Part shown: positions 10,310 through 21,304 of the stretch, piece by piece
Position numbering within the stretch: the stretch's first letter is position 1
Layout of the letters: each line of letters starts with the position of its first letter
Origin: Longimicrobiales bacterium
GTDB taxonomy: Bacteria; Gemmatimonadota; Gemmatimonadetes; Longimicrobiales; Gaopeijiaceae
Reading direction: 5' to 3'
NCBI GenBank assembly: GCA_965238005.1
Contig: OZ250165.1
Location: forward strand, 2,560,001 to 2,624,000
Length of the DNA: 64,000 nucleotides
Position numbers and translations under genes: made by a program
Notes under the pieces: model-generated
The model's input: only the letters and a program-made list of their open reading frames with translations
Databases searched by the model: none
What the model was told of the DNA's origin: nothing

Positions 10310-11080
10310 TCAACGAATGCGGGAGAGGAGTCGGCTCCCCCGGACCTCTCGAATCCAGGGAAAGGGTCTCAATGAGCCTTTGTTGTACGAGAAGTAGATG
10401 AACGAAGCCCGCCCCTCGAGACGCCACCCCTCCAGGAGGCCCCAGTACCGCGAGTCGAGGCTGGTGTCGCGATTGTCCCCCAGCATCAAGTAGCGATCCC
10501 CTGGAATCACCAGCGGGCCCCAGTTGTCGCGGGTCGGGCGATATGTGGGGCGGTCCACGGTGTCCACGAGGTACTGTGCCTGCCAGGCCATCCACGGATG
10601 GGGGAGGTCGCCCTCGGGGTCCACGTGCTTCACGTAGGGCTCGTCCTGCGCCTCGCCGTTGATCGTCAGCTCGCCCTCACGCATCTCGACCGTATCACCC
10701 GGCATGCCGATGAGCCGCTTGACGAGCTTGAGATCGGGCTCGTGCGGTGGATCGAAGACGATGACGTCACCCCTCCGCACTGCCGAGTATCCGGGAATGT
10801 GCAGCCGGGTCCCCGGAATCCGTGCACCGATGGCCGCCCGATTCGCAAGGAGGAAGTCGCCGACCAGCAGGGCGCCCTCCATGGATCCCGAGGTGATGAC
10901 GAAGGTCTGGAGAAGAAAGGTCCTGATCAGGATGAAGAGCACAAAGGCAATGAGCAGCGACTTGCTCCACTCGACGACAGCGTTCTCCTTCGCGTCGCCC
11001 TTGTCCGACTTGGCGGGATCGGGGCTTTCGCCTCCTGAACGTGTCCTGCTGTCGCTCTTGCGCCGACTCTTCTTGGCCAT
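10310..11080 (-). CDS. lepB: Signal peptidase I
   Basis: SGSM (catalytic Ser), KRLIG (Lys) and GDNRDTSLDSRYWG. Start chosen at MAKKS. Confidence 0.93.
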   Translation of the reverse strand: MAKKSRRKSDSRTRSGGESPDPAKSDKGDAKENAVVEWSKSLLIAFVLFILIRTFLLQTFVITSGSMEGALLVGDFLLANRAAIGARIPGTRLHIPGYSAVRRGDVIVFDPPHEPDLKLVKRLIGMPGDTVEMREGELTINGEAQDEPYVKHVDPEGDLPHPWMAWQAQYLVDTVDRPTYRPTRDNWGPLVIPGDRYLMLGDNRDTSLDSRYWGLLEGWRLEGRASFIYFSYNKGSLRPFPWIREVRGSRLLSRIR

Positions 11081-11103
11081 ACTAGCCCGGATCAGCCCCT
11101 CGA

Positions 11104-11595
11104 TCAGCGGAGATGCTTGCGAAGGTCCCACCACGGGACCTCGTCGCCGGGAGCGTCCTCGCTCTCAGGTATCTCCGGTGTCCAGTCCCTGCCAAGCAAT
11201 ACGGTCACGTCGAGATAAAGGTTCGAATCCGGCTCGCTCAGAATCGATGTCGCACCCAGCACCTCACCCACCGCCCGAGCCGCTTCGAACCGGCCGGATC
11301 GGTCCAGCACCATCGTGGAGTCCTGGCCGAAGGCCTCGGCGTTTCCGAAATAGACCACATCGAAGCCCTGATCCCGGAGGCGATCGGTGGCCAGGCGGGC
11401 CATCCCGGCCTCGCCACCCGCGTTGAGGACCTCCACACGAACGCGTCCCATCGTGTTCGTCGTCGGATTCCGTGGTGGGGCCACGGACCGCTCCTGCTCG
11501 GGGAGCGGCTTCCACTGGGATATGGCCGAACCGATGAAGACCCCCGTCGCAAGGACGACGCCCAGGAGCATCAGACCTCGGACGCGCTCGCCCAT
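11104..11595 (-). CDS. Membrane-anchored LytR C-terminal domain protein
   Basis: N-terminal TM; VRVEVLNAGG.AGMA, GFDVVYFGNA and DVTVLLGRD. Confidence 0.85.
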   Translation of the reverse strand: MGERVRGLMLLGVVLATGVFIGSAISQWKPLPEQERSVAPPRNPTTNTMGRVRVEVLNAGGEAGMARLATDRLRDQGFDVVYFGNAEAFGQDSTMVLDRSGRFEAARAVGEVLGATSILSEPDSNLYLDVTVLLGRDWTPEIPESEDAPGDEVPWWDLRKHLR

Positions 11596-12185
11596 GCCTG
11601 CCCTTTCGCCATGACGTTCCAGAACCCCATCGTTTCAGGTTGAACTGGTCTTTCTCGGTCCAGGAGATGCCGGATGCGCAGCCTGAGGATCGCCAGAACG
11701 ACGGCCTCCAGATCCTCCGGCATGCGTCTCCTCATCTCCCGACGCCACTTCGGACGGAACCTTCTGCCTGGCTCCAGGAAGTCTGCGGCGTAGAGCGCCC
11801 TGCCCAGGTCCTCGAACTGGGGACTGCCCAGGGTGTGGAATGCCACAGCCGTCAGGAGGGGCTCGTCCGTCACCCCTCCCTCGCGAAGCCTTGCCGCCGC
11901 AGCTGGTCCATGGAGAACGGCGTCGGGCAGATCGGCCAGGGGCCCGGTCACCACCCGACGGAGCTCCTTGGGCTTCGCGTCTCGCATCATGTCATGAAGA
12001 TAACCCAGAGCCGTCCAGCGCTGGATATCACGGCGCGACTCACCGCGAGCCTTGCTCCACTTCTTCAGGAGCTTGGCCACCTGGGCCATGTGCTCCCGCC
12101 GCTTCGTTCCGGCGACGGCCCACTTCGGCAGCTCTCCATCAGCCGCCGCCACTACCCAGGGGTGGAGCTTCGAGCCTCCGCTCAT
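11571..12185 (-). CDS. YqeK-like HD hydrolase (Ap4A hydrolase family)
   Basis: RREH, LHD, LHGPAAA, FHTLG and YAADFLEPGR pattern. Confidence 0.8.
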   Translation of the reverse strand: MSGGSKLHPWVVAAADGELPKWAVAGTKRREHMAQVAKLLKKWSKARGESRRDIQRWTALGYLHDMMRDAKPKELRRVVTGPLADLPDAVLHGPAAAARLREGGVTDEPLLTAVAFHTLGSPQFEDLGRALYAADFLEPGRRFRPKWRREMRRRMPEDLEAVVLAILRLRIRHLLDRERPVQPETMGFWNVMAKGQAWASASEV

Positions 12186-13585
12186 AACGCCGCGCGGGCT
12201 TGATACGGAACGCATTCGCAGGACACGAAAAGTATGCGCTCATCCTGGATCGGGAGGCTCGTCCGAAGGCTGTCGGCGGCAACCTAGTGGCGCGTCCGGA
12301 AATCGGCTAGGCCCTCTCCCAATACCTGCTATCTTCACGCCATGACCATGCGATGGGACCCGGTCCTCACGGCCGCGGTGGCGCGGGAGTTGGGTGACGC
12401 GCTCTCCGGTGAGCGGCTCAAGGCGATCTTCGTCGACCGCGGCGCCGGCACTCTCCACGCGTATTTTCGGCAGACCACCCTTCTCGCGGATCTCAACCCG
12501 TCACGAGTCGGCCTCGAGATCCTGGCCGCAGCCGAGCCTCCCGACGGAGCCAGGACTTTTCCGTGCCGCCTCTCCACAGTGGAGTCGCTCGCCGATGAGC
12601 GTATCCTCGTGCTCGCTCTGCCGAGGGTGCGGGGGCGCGGAGGGGACGTCAGGATCGTTCTGGAGCTGGTGCCGAACCGGGGGAACGCCACAGTCGTGGA
12701 GGGTGACGCGTGGACCGTCAGACACGTTCTGACCAACCGGCGCGGGGCCCGGGCGCCCCAGGTTGGGCGGACCTACCCCATGCCCGACCCGACCCGCCGG
12801 GGATTGGAAAGACCCCTGAGCTTCGACGAGTGGCTCGATCTGCTGGGGCCCGAAGAGCCGGAGGCGCGCCGGGCTGTGCTCCTCCGCAACGTGGCGCTCA
12901 CGTCCCCAATTAACGCTCCAGCCCTGCTCGGGAAGACCGTGGCAGACGGCGACGGCGCTGACGAGGCCAAGCTCGCGTCGGGTCACGAGCTCTGGATGCG
13001 CCTTCGGGAGATCGCGCTCGGTCCGTCCTCGCCCGTGGTCGGTGGCGAGGCACACGTGACGGAATGTCCATGGGGACCGCAGCCTTACCCCGTCTGCCTC
13101 CCCGGATACCCATGCCGGGTATCGCCGTCCCTGTTGGACGCGATTCGTGAAGTCAGAAGCACTGCGGGCACCACACCTGGCCTGATCCCGTCCGGGCTGA
13201 CCGGGGCGCTGGAGGACGCCCTCTCCCTCGCGCGCAAACGGACCCGCAAGCTCCGGCGAGAGCTCGAGAGCACGCCCGAGCCCGAACTGCTCAGGGTGAA
13301 GGGCGACCTGATCCTTGCCCATCTCCAACGGGTGCCAAAGGGAGCCTCCGAGGTGGCGCTCCCCGGCTTCGACGGCGAGGAGGTGCCGATCATCCTGGAT
13401 CCGGCCCTCCCCCCGCAGAAGAACGCGGCCCGGTACTACGACCGGGCCGGGCGGGCCCGGCGGGCGAGAGGGCAGCTTCCCGACCTGATCCGAGAGGGAG
13501 AGGAGAGGGAGGCGACGTTGGCGGAGCTGGAGTTGACCCGCTTTGGTGGACACCTCAGTAGTGAGGGAGACAGGAGGAGTCCACG

Positions 13586-13900
13586 ATGCCAAGAACACAT
13601 GCGCCGTACCCGCCGGAGTTTCGGCGGCAGATGGTCGAGTTGGTCAGGTCGGGCCGCTCCGTGGAGGAGCTGGCCCGGGAGTTCGAGCCCTCAAACGGGG
13701 CGATACGGAACTGGGTCAAACAAGCTGACTTGGATGAAGGCCGTCGCAGTGACGGGCTGACGACGGAGGAGCGTGGGGAACTCAGGCAGCTTCGGCGTGA
13801 CAACAAGCGTCTGCGCATGGAGCAGGAGATTCTAAAAAAAGCCGCCGCCTGGTTTGCTCGGGAGAGCAACTCGATCCCGGAACGGGGTTCGAGTTCATGA
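13586..13900 (+). CDS. IS3 transposase OrfA (HTH)
   Basis: YPPEFRRQMVEL...IRNWVKQ...EILKKAAAWFA; A7G slippery site at 13834-13841 for -1 frameshift into orfB. Confidence 0.93.
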   Translation: MPRTHAPYPPEFRRQMVELVRSGRSVEELAREFEPSNGAIRNWVKQADLDEGRRSDGLTTEERGELRQLRRDNKRLRMEQEILKKAAAWFARESNSIPERGSSS

Positions 13901-14748
13901 AGACGAATCAGGCCGACTTCCCTGTGCGGGCGATGTGCCGTGTGCTGGATCTCTCCCCCAGCGGCTACTACGCCTGGTTGGATCGCGAGCCTTCGGCTCG
14001 GGCGAAGCGAGATGAGGAGCTCACAGAGCGGATCGAGACGGTCTGGCGCGAGAACCGAAGGGTCTATGGCCGGCCCCGCATCTACGCGGACCTCAAGGAA
14101 GCTGGCGAGCGGGTCGGTGAGAAGCGGGTGGGCCGGCTCATGAAGCAGGCCGAGATTGTGGGAGCTAGCCGGAGGCGGCGCGGCCCGAAGACGACCAGGC
14201 GCAACGAGGACGCCCGTCCCGCGCCGGATCTCATCGAGCGGGACTTCAGCGCAGACGGGCCAGACCAGTTGTGGGTGGCCGACATCACCTACATCCCGAC
14301 CTGGGCGGGGTTCTTGTACCTCGCGGTTGTGCTCGACGTCTGGAGCAGGCGGGTGGTCGGGTGGTCGATGGCTACGCACCTGCGCACCGAGCTCGTCCTG
14401 GACGCGCTGAACATGGCGACCTGGCAGCGCCGGCCCGAATGCGTCATCCATCACAGTGATCAGGGAACCCAGTACACCTCGATCGCCTTCGGCCTACGCT
14501 GCAACGATGTCGGTGTGCGGCCCTCGATGGGCTCCGTGGGCGACGCCTACGACAACGCGATGTGCGAGAGCTTCTTCGCGACGCTCGAGTGCGAGCTACT
14601 CGACCGGCAGCGCTTCCGGACCCAGGCCGAGGCGAAGATGGCCGTGTTCGACTTCATCGAGGGCTTCTACAACCCCCGGAGGCGACACTCGGCACTGGGT
14701 CAGCTGTCGCCCATCAACTTCGAGCGTCGCCACGGAGCGGCAGCATGA
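13897..14748 (+). CDS. IS3 transposase OrfB (DDE integrase core)
   Basis: WVADITY, HHSDQGTQY, DNAMCESFF and YNPRRRHSALG; ATGA overlap with orfA. Confidence 0.95.
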   Translation: MKTNQADFPVRAMCRVLDLSPSGYYAWLDREPSARAKRDEELTERIETVWRENRRVYGRPRIYADLKEAGERVGEKRVGRLMKQAEIVGASRRRRGPKTTRRNEDARPAPDLIERDFSADGPDQLWVADITYIPTWAGFLYLAVVLDVWSRRVVGWSMATHLRTELVLDALNMATWQRRPECVIHHSDQGTQYTSIAFGLRCNDVGVRPSMGSVGDAYDNAMCESFFATLECELLDRQRFRTQAEAKMAVFDFIEGFYNPRRRHSALGQLSPINFERRHGAAA

Positions 14749-15402
14749 GAAACCTGCGTGGCCAAGTTGCCCTTTACTCCCCCGCTGCGCGGGGGAAGCT
14801 TTCCTCTCCCCAGCGAGGGGGACAGACTATAAACCTCAGTGTTCACCCGTCCACTGAAACGGGACAGCTCCAAGCTCATGGATCGAGTGGAGGCCAGAGA
14901 GGCTACCGCAGAAGAGATCCGTAACGTCCTGCTGGAGAGAGAGCTACGGGCTCGGACACCCCAGGGAGGGGCCGTCCCCGCCCTTCCCTACCGCGTCTAC
15001 CGGACGTCGGGAGGGTTGGAAGTCCGAGTCGGACGGGGATCGGCCTCCAACGACGATCTGACCTTCAGGCACTCCAGGCCCGACGACATCTGGCTCCACG
15101 CCCGCGACTCGGCCGGAGCTCACGTCATTCTGAGATGGGACGGAAAAGGCGCGCCGCCTGCCCGTGATCTTCACGCGGCGGCGGTGCCGGCGGCGGTGAA
15201 TTCGAAGGCCAGGACCTCGGGGAGCGTGCCGGTGGATTGGACGCACTGGAAGCACGTCCGAAAGCCCAGGAAGTCTCCGCCGGGGACGGTGGTCCCGGAC
15301 CGCGTGAAGACCCTCTTCGTGGAGCCCGACCTGACACTTCCCGACCGGCTCAGGGAAGGGTAGCCTCGTCAACCGGCTCGGGCAGGGGCTTCTCAGGGCG
15401 GC

Positions 15403-16215
15403 TCAGAGAGTGGCTTCGGAGCCTGCGTCCATGGCCCTGCGAAGCGACGCCAGGAAGGTGCTGGCCTCGGCGGGGCCCCCCCGGTCCAGCGCTTTGATCA
15501 GGGCGCTCCCCACCACGACGCCGTCTGCCACACCGGCCACCAGCGCCGCCTGCTCTGGCGTGGAGATACCGAAGCCCACGGCCACGGGCAGGTCCACCTC
15601 ACGCCGGAGGCTTCGAACCTCGGCGGCCAGGCCCTCGCTCAAGGTCTCTCGGGCGCCCGTCACTCCGGTCCGGGAGATGTAGTAGAGGAACCCCTGGCCG
15701 CTCTCGGCCACCACGGGAATGCGGTCGGGCTCGGTGGTGGGGGCGATGAGCCGGATCAGGTCCAGCGGCGAGTCGAGAATGGCCTCTTCCACCACGGGAT
15801 CGGCACCCGTGGGCACGTCCGTGAGAAGGATCCCCTGTGCCCCCGCCTCCACCGCATCCTCGAGGAAGGACTCCAGGCCGTACTGGAGTAGCGGGTTCAC
15901 GTAGCTGAAGAGCACGATGGGCGCGTCGGAGACGCCCCGGAATGCAGTGAGGACCTCGAGGGCACCCGCCACGGTCATGCCCCCCTCGAGAGCCTTGTGA
16001 GTGGACTCCTGGATGGTGGGCCCATCTGCCAGGGGGTCGCTGAAGGGGATTCCCAGCTCCAAAATGTCCCCGCCGGCCTCGGCGATGGCCGAGAGCACTT
16101 CCACACTGGCTTCCGACGAGGGGAAGCCGCACGTCACGTACGGCACCAGAGCGCTACGCCCTTCGCCCTGCCGCTCCGCGAACCGCTGTGAGACCCCCAC
16201 CCCTCCCGGGCTCAA
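15403..16215 (-). CDS. trpA: Tryptophan synthase alpha chain
   Basis: LELGIPFSDPLADGPTIQ, SRTGVTG, VGFGIS and DGVVVGSA. Confidence 0.97.
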   Translation of the reverse strand: MSPGGVGVSQRFAERQGEGRSALVPYVTCGFPSSEASVEVLSAIAEAGGDILELGIPFSDPLADGPTIQESTHKALEGGMTVAGALEVLTAFRGVSDAPIVLFSYVNPLLQYGLESFLEDAVEAGAQGILLTDVPTGADPVVEEAILDSPLDLIRLIAPTTEPDRIPVVAESGQGFLYYISRTGVTGARETLSEGLAAEVRSLRREVDLPVAVGFGISTPEQAALVAGVADGVVVGSALIKALDRGGPAEASTFLASLRRAMDAGSEATL

Positions 16216-16239
16216 CGACCTCGCCCCGGAGTCTGACGA

Positions 16240-17649
16240 TCACATGATATAGTCGCTGACACGGATCCCGTACTTCTGGGCATTGGTGGTCTTGATGATG
16301 ACACGGCCATCGAGCGAGAGATCCACCTGCAGGGGCTCGGTAAGCGGAACGCCCATCTCGTCGGAGATGATCTTGACCATGGGCTGGTGGAGGTGGGCGA
16401 CGTCGGGGTTGGTCTTGGAGACGACCGCCAGCTCCAAGGTGTCGAGGATGACGAGGGTGCCCACCGGATAAACCCCGGTGGCGTTGATGAACGTCTTTAC
16501 GATCAGCTGATCGAAGCCGCGACGGGGGTTGTCCCGCATCTCCTTGAGGACCTCGTCAGGCGGCCAGGGCTCATACTGGTAGCTCCGCACCGACGTCCCC
16601 GCGTCGAACCCATCGGCCACGGCCACGATGCGCGAGAAGAGGCCCGGGTTCCGAGGGCGTGTATTCTCGGGGTACCCGCTCAGGTCGATCTTCATGTGAT
16701 GCTCGTAGGCCATGAGCATCTGGCGGTACGGCACGTCGGCGAAGCCGTGCATCTCGAAGAGGAGGATGAGCCCCTCCGTGGGATGCTCCTTCATAGCCTC
16801 CCACTCTTCGTCGGTGAGCCCGCCGGCTTTGTTGATGACCTCCCTGTCGATGCTCATCTTGCCGATGTCGTGAAAGAGCGCGCCGAGGCCGAGCTCGTAG
16901 AGCTGGATCTTGGTGAGGCCCAGCCGCTGCCCGATGACCACGCTGAATATGCAGACGTTCACCGAGTGGGTGAACGTGTACTCGTCGAAGCCACGCAGGG
17001 TCGTCATGGTCACCATGGACGACTCATTGTCCAGCACCTGATCCACGATTCCCTGCACCGCCTTCTTGACCTTCCGGACGTTCACGGCCTTGCCGAGACG
17101 CATGTCGGTGAGCACGTCCTTGGCGACCTTGATCGACTGGGCATAGGTCCCCTTGGCAGCCGCCATAGCGTCTCGCTCAATCAGCTCCGGCGCCCGGGCC
17201 TCCGATTCGGGTTGGACCTGGATGTGCTCCACGGGCGTGTGTGAAAGGCGCTCGACGAACGCCTGGAAGGGCTCTGCTTCCCTGGGATCCCGGAGGAGGA
17301 CGGAGATGAAGGGTGCCCACTCGGACCGCTCCACGTTGGCGTCGATGGCAACCTGGCCGATCCCATGCCCGGTCAGGGCCGATGAGAGGCTCCCGAAGGT
17401 GGAGAAGTTCGAGAGGTCGAGGCGGAGCCTCGTCTCGTTCATGAAGAAGAAGTCACCCACCAGTTGGAGCTCGAGTCCGCCCTCGTGCTTGAAGAACTCG
17501 ATCATCTGCCCGTGGAGGTGGTCGATGGCCTTCTGGACCTGCTGGTTCTGCAACGGATAGAGCTTCAGGGATCGGAGGGCCACGTAGAACGCCGTGAGGA
17601 GCCGACTTCCGAGCTCCTGGACGACTCCGGCATCGTCGAGCGGGCTCAC
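16240..17649 (-). CDS. HD-GYP domain protein (probable cyclic dinucleotide phosphodiesterase) with uncharacterised N-terminal domain
   Basis: YTFTHSVNV, HDIGK, HP, HH..D..GYP, VADGFDA.TS.R.Y and GVYPVGTLV.L. Confidence 0.9.
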   Translation of the reverse strand: MSPLDDAGVVQELGSRLLTAFYVALRSLKLYPLQNQQVQKAIDHLHGQMIEFFKHEGGLELQLVGDFFFMNETRLRLDLSNFSTFGSLSSALTGHGIGQVAIDANVERSEWAPFISVLLRDPREAEPFQAFVERLSHTPVEHIQVQPESEARAPELIERDAMAAAKGTYAQSIKVAKDVLTDMRLGKAVNVRKVKKAVQGIVDQVLDNESSMVTMTTLRGFDEYTFTHSVNVCIFSVVIGQRLGLTKIQLYELGLGALFHDIGKMSIDREVINKAGGLTDEEWEAMKEHPTEGLILLFEMHGFADVPYRQMLMAYEHHMKIDLSGYPENTRPRNPGLFSRIVAVADGFDAGTSVRSYQYEPWPPDEVLKEMRDNPRRGFDQLIVKTFINATGVYPVGTLVILDTLELAVVSKTNPDVAHLHQPMVKIISDEMGVPLTEPLQVDLSLDGRVIIKTTNAQKYGIRVSDYIM

Positions 17650-19406
17650 TCGGGCTCCCCCGCCCCCTGGATGGCCTTGCGCACGGCGGTACGGACCACG
17701 GCGTCCCTGTCGTTCTCCGCGGTCGCGAGAGCCTTCTGGGCCTTGGGCATACGGATCTTGCCCAACGCCCGGGCCGCGGACGCCCGGATCTCCGGGGGCT
17801 CCTTGCGGGTGAGAAGGCCCTTCTTGTTCAGGAGCTTGTCGAGGACGTCGACGGCCCCGGCCCCGCCGAGCATGCCGTAGCTCTCGAAGACGGCGATCTT
17901 CTCGGTGAGGTCGGCCTGTCGAATCTCCTTGCCCGTGACCACCGCCTTTAAGGCCGGGGCGGCGTTCGTGTACTGCATCCCTGCCAGCGCCCGAGCAGCC
18001 CCGACCCGGACGTCAGGATCCGAGTCCGTGAGTGCGTTGATCAGTCCCGGAGCCGCGCCGCTGGCACCGAGCGTCCGGGCCGCCTCTACGCTGGCGAGCC
18101 GCGCGGCGCCGTCGGGATGGCTCATGAGCCTCACCAGCTTGGGAGCGGCGTCCGACAGGCCCATCTGGCCCACCAGGCGCGCGGCCGCAGCTGCGATCAC
18201 GGCGTTCTCGTCGTCCAGGAGCGCGACCAACGCCTCGCGGTTCTCGTCGGCGATGCCGCGCACGGCCCGGCGCAGCATCTCCTGGAGCCCCTGCTCCTCC
18301 ACTTTCTCGGAAGCGTGGAGGAGGATCGGCAAGGCGCCGGAACGGAGGAACTTGAGGAGCCGGTCCAGAACCTCCACGGGGATGTCGATGGTGCCGTCCT
18401 GAAGGGCGCGAACGAGCTCCTCGATGGTCTCGGGTGAAGAGAGATCGTCCATGAGGGCGTCGCACTCCTGCTGCCGCAGCTGGTCCAGCCCCCCCGGCCT
18501 GGCCCGAGTGGCGGACAGCTGCTCCAGGATGTCGGCGGCAGCGGCCACCGCGCCACGACTCAGGAAGTTCGGCAGCAGGTCCCGGAAGATCTTCAGGATC
18601 CCCGACTGGCGCTCCGCCTGCTCCGGGTCCTCCAACCTGTCGAAGAGGGCGGCGAGGACGTCCCCTCGGAGGTCCCTCGACATCTCGGCTTCGAGCTCGT
18701 TCTTGAGCAGCTCCTTCTCCCCGGAATCCAGAGCGTATAGGGTGGGCATGAAGTCGTCCCGCCCGAGCTTCGGCGGCGGTGTCTCTTTCTTGGGAGCCTC
18801 CCCGGTCTCGGCCGAGGCACTCTCCTCTGACTCTACCTCCTCCTGGAGCACACCCGCCAGCTCGGGGCGATCTTCCTCGGGGCGCGCCTCGGGGACCTCG
18901 ACGCCGTCCGTGAGCTGGTCCACGTAATAGTACTTGAAGAAGTCCAGATCCTCTTCCCAGAGGATGGTGAGGAGGTCGTCGCCCTCGGTGGCTTTCAACG
19001 TCTTGGCCCTCTTGAGAAGGCTCAGAAGACGCTCGAGCTCCTGCCCCTCGATGCCCGGGAGGAACGTCACATCCCGGACGCCGTCCTTGTAGAAGAGGAA
19101 GGAGAGGGAATCGGAGCGGGAATCGCTGCGGTAGACCTCCTCGCCGGCCAGCGCGAAACGGTCTTCCTCAACCGAGACGTTGAGACCCTCGATCTCCTGC
19201 CAGAGGCCCTCGAACGCCTCCCGTAGGGTCGTTACGAAGCGCTTGTAAACCGGGTTGTTTTCGTCGTAGAGCTGATAGGCCCGCAGCGCCTTGCCGAGAG
19301 TGATGAACAACTCCCGGACCTGGTCGAGGGGGAGTTCCTCGACGTCTGACCACTCGGCAGAGCCGCCGTCGCCCTGATCGGAAATATCGACGGGGGTATC
19401 GGTCAA
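17646..19406 (-). CDS. HEAT/PBS-lyase repeat protein with uncharacterised N-terminal domain
   Basis: C-terminal repeats (LLDDENAVIAAAAARLVG; LTDSDPDVRVGAARALA; IRASAARALG; DRDAVVRTAV); its stop overlaps the start of the HD-GYP gene. Confidence 0.85.
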   Translation of the reverse strand: MTDTPVDISDQGDGGSAEWSDVEELPLDQVRELFITLGKALRAYQLYDENNPVYKRFVTTLREAFEGLWQEIEGLNVSVEEDRFALAGEEVYRSDSRSDSLSFLFYKDGVRDVTFLPGIEGQELERLLSLLKRAKTLKATEGDDLLTILWEEDLDFFKYYYVDQLTDGVEVPEARPEEDRPELAGVLQEEVESEESASAETGEAPKKETPPPKLGRDDFMPTLYALDSGEKELLKNELEAEMSRDLRGDVLAALFDRLEDPEQAERQSGILKIFRDLLPNFLSRGAVAAAADILEQLSATRARPGGLDQLRQQECDALMDDLSSPETIEELVRALQDGTIDIPVEVLDRLLKFLRSGALPILLHASEKVEEQGLQEMLRRAVRGIADENREALVALLDDENAVIAAAAARLVGQMGLSDAAPKLVRLMSHPDGAARLASVEAARTLGASGAAPGLINALTDSDPDVRVGAARALAGMQYTNAAPALKAVVTGKEIRQADLTEKIAVFESYGMLGGAGAVDVLDKLLNKKGLLTRKEPPEIRASAARALGKIRMPKAQKALATAENDRDAVVRTAVRKAIQGAGEPE

Positions 19407-19418
19407 TGGTCTCTCGCT

Positions 19419-20629
<1,211 letters not shown>

Positions 20630-20633
<4 letters not shown>

Positions 20634-21304
20634 CGCTGCCCCGTATCCGGGATGGGAGCGTCCGTCATCCGGGCGTTCCTCACGAACGCCCGGATCAGGT
20701 CATGATCCTTGCGTCGAGGCGAGAGCTCAACGCCCGAGCTGACGTCGACCACGTCCGGAGAGAGGACCCGCACCGCCTGCTCGACATTGTCGGGAGTGAG
20801 GCCTCCGGCCGCGATCAGCCTGACCCCCGGCGGGAAGGCACCCCTCACGGAGGAGAAGTCCTCCCAGGTGAAGGAGACGCCACCACCACCGGGACGCTCA
20901 GGGTGCCAGGCGTCCAGGAGCACGCCGTCCACGGAGGTCCCGAACTCATTCAGGGCTCGGATCACGTCGTCGGGCTCTCGCACTCTCACGGCCTTCCAGA
21001 TCGCCCAATCGCCCCGGCTGCGCAACTCCTGGACGAACGCCGGGCTCTCCTCCCCGTGAAGCTGGATCACCGAAGCGCCCACCAGTTCTGCGATACGCTG
21101 GGCCTCATCGACGGACTCGTCCACCAGCACCGCGACCACGGGCGTATCGACGGCGAGCCCGATGTCCACAGCCTGGTCGGGCATGAGGCTTCTGCCGAAG
21201 CCCTGTGAGAGGATCATGCCGAGATAGCTCGCTCCCAACTCCTCGGCGGCGCGGGCGTCCTCCACGGAGCAGAGCCCACAGATCTTGACCCGCACGTCAC
21301 CCAT
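20630..21304 (-). CDS. trpF: Phosphoribosylanthranilate isomerase
   Basis: [25 protein letters not shown] and VDVSSGVE. Confidence 0.95.

Larger units (their letters stand above)
13528..14872 (+). mobile_element. IS3-family insertion sequence, 1345 bp
   Basis: TG...CA ends; imperfect IRs TGGAGTTGACCCGCTTTGGTGGAC / TGGAGCTGTCCCGTTTCAGTGGAC (19/24); 3 bp target duplication AGC at 13525-13527 and 14873-14875. Confidence 0.95.
12342..15363 (+). pseudogene. RqcH/NFACT (FbpA-like) ribosome quality-control factor interrupted by IS3
   Basis: NFACT-like N-part (LELVPNRGNA; LDPALPPQKNAARYY) to 13527 and NFACT-R part (VGRGSASNDDLT, WLHARDSAGAHVIL, KHVRKP) from 14876. Removing the IS plus one AGC copy restores one 557 aa frame (...LAEL-MDRVE...). 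Confidence 0.9.

Noticed and set aside
13528..13760. C-terminal 77 aa of ORF 12342..13760 as part of the NFACT protein
   Set aside because: This is read-through into the IS3 left end.
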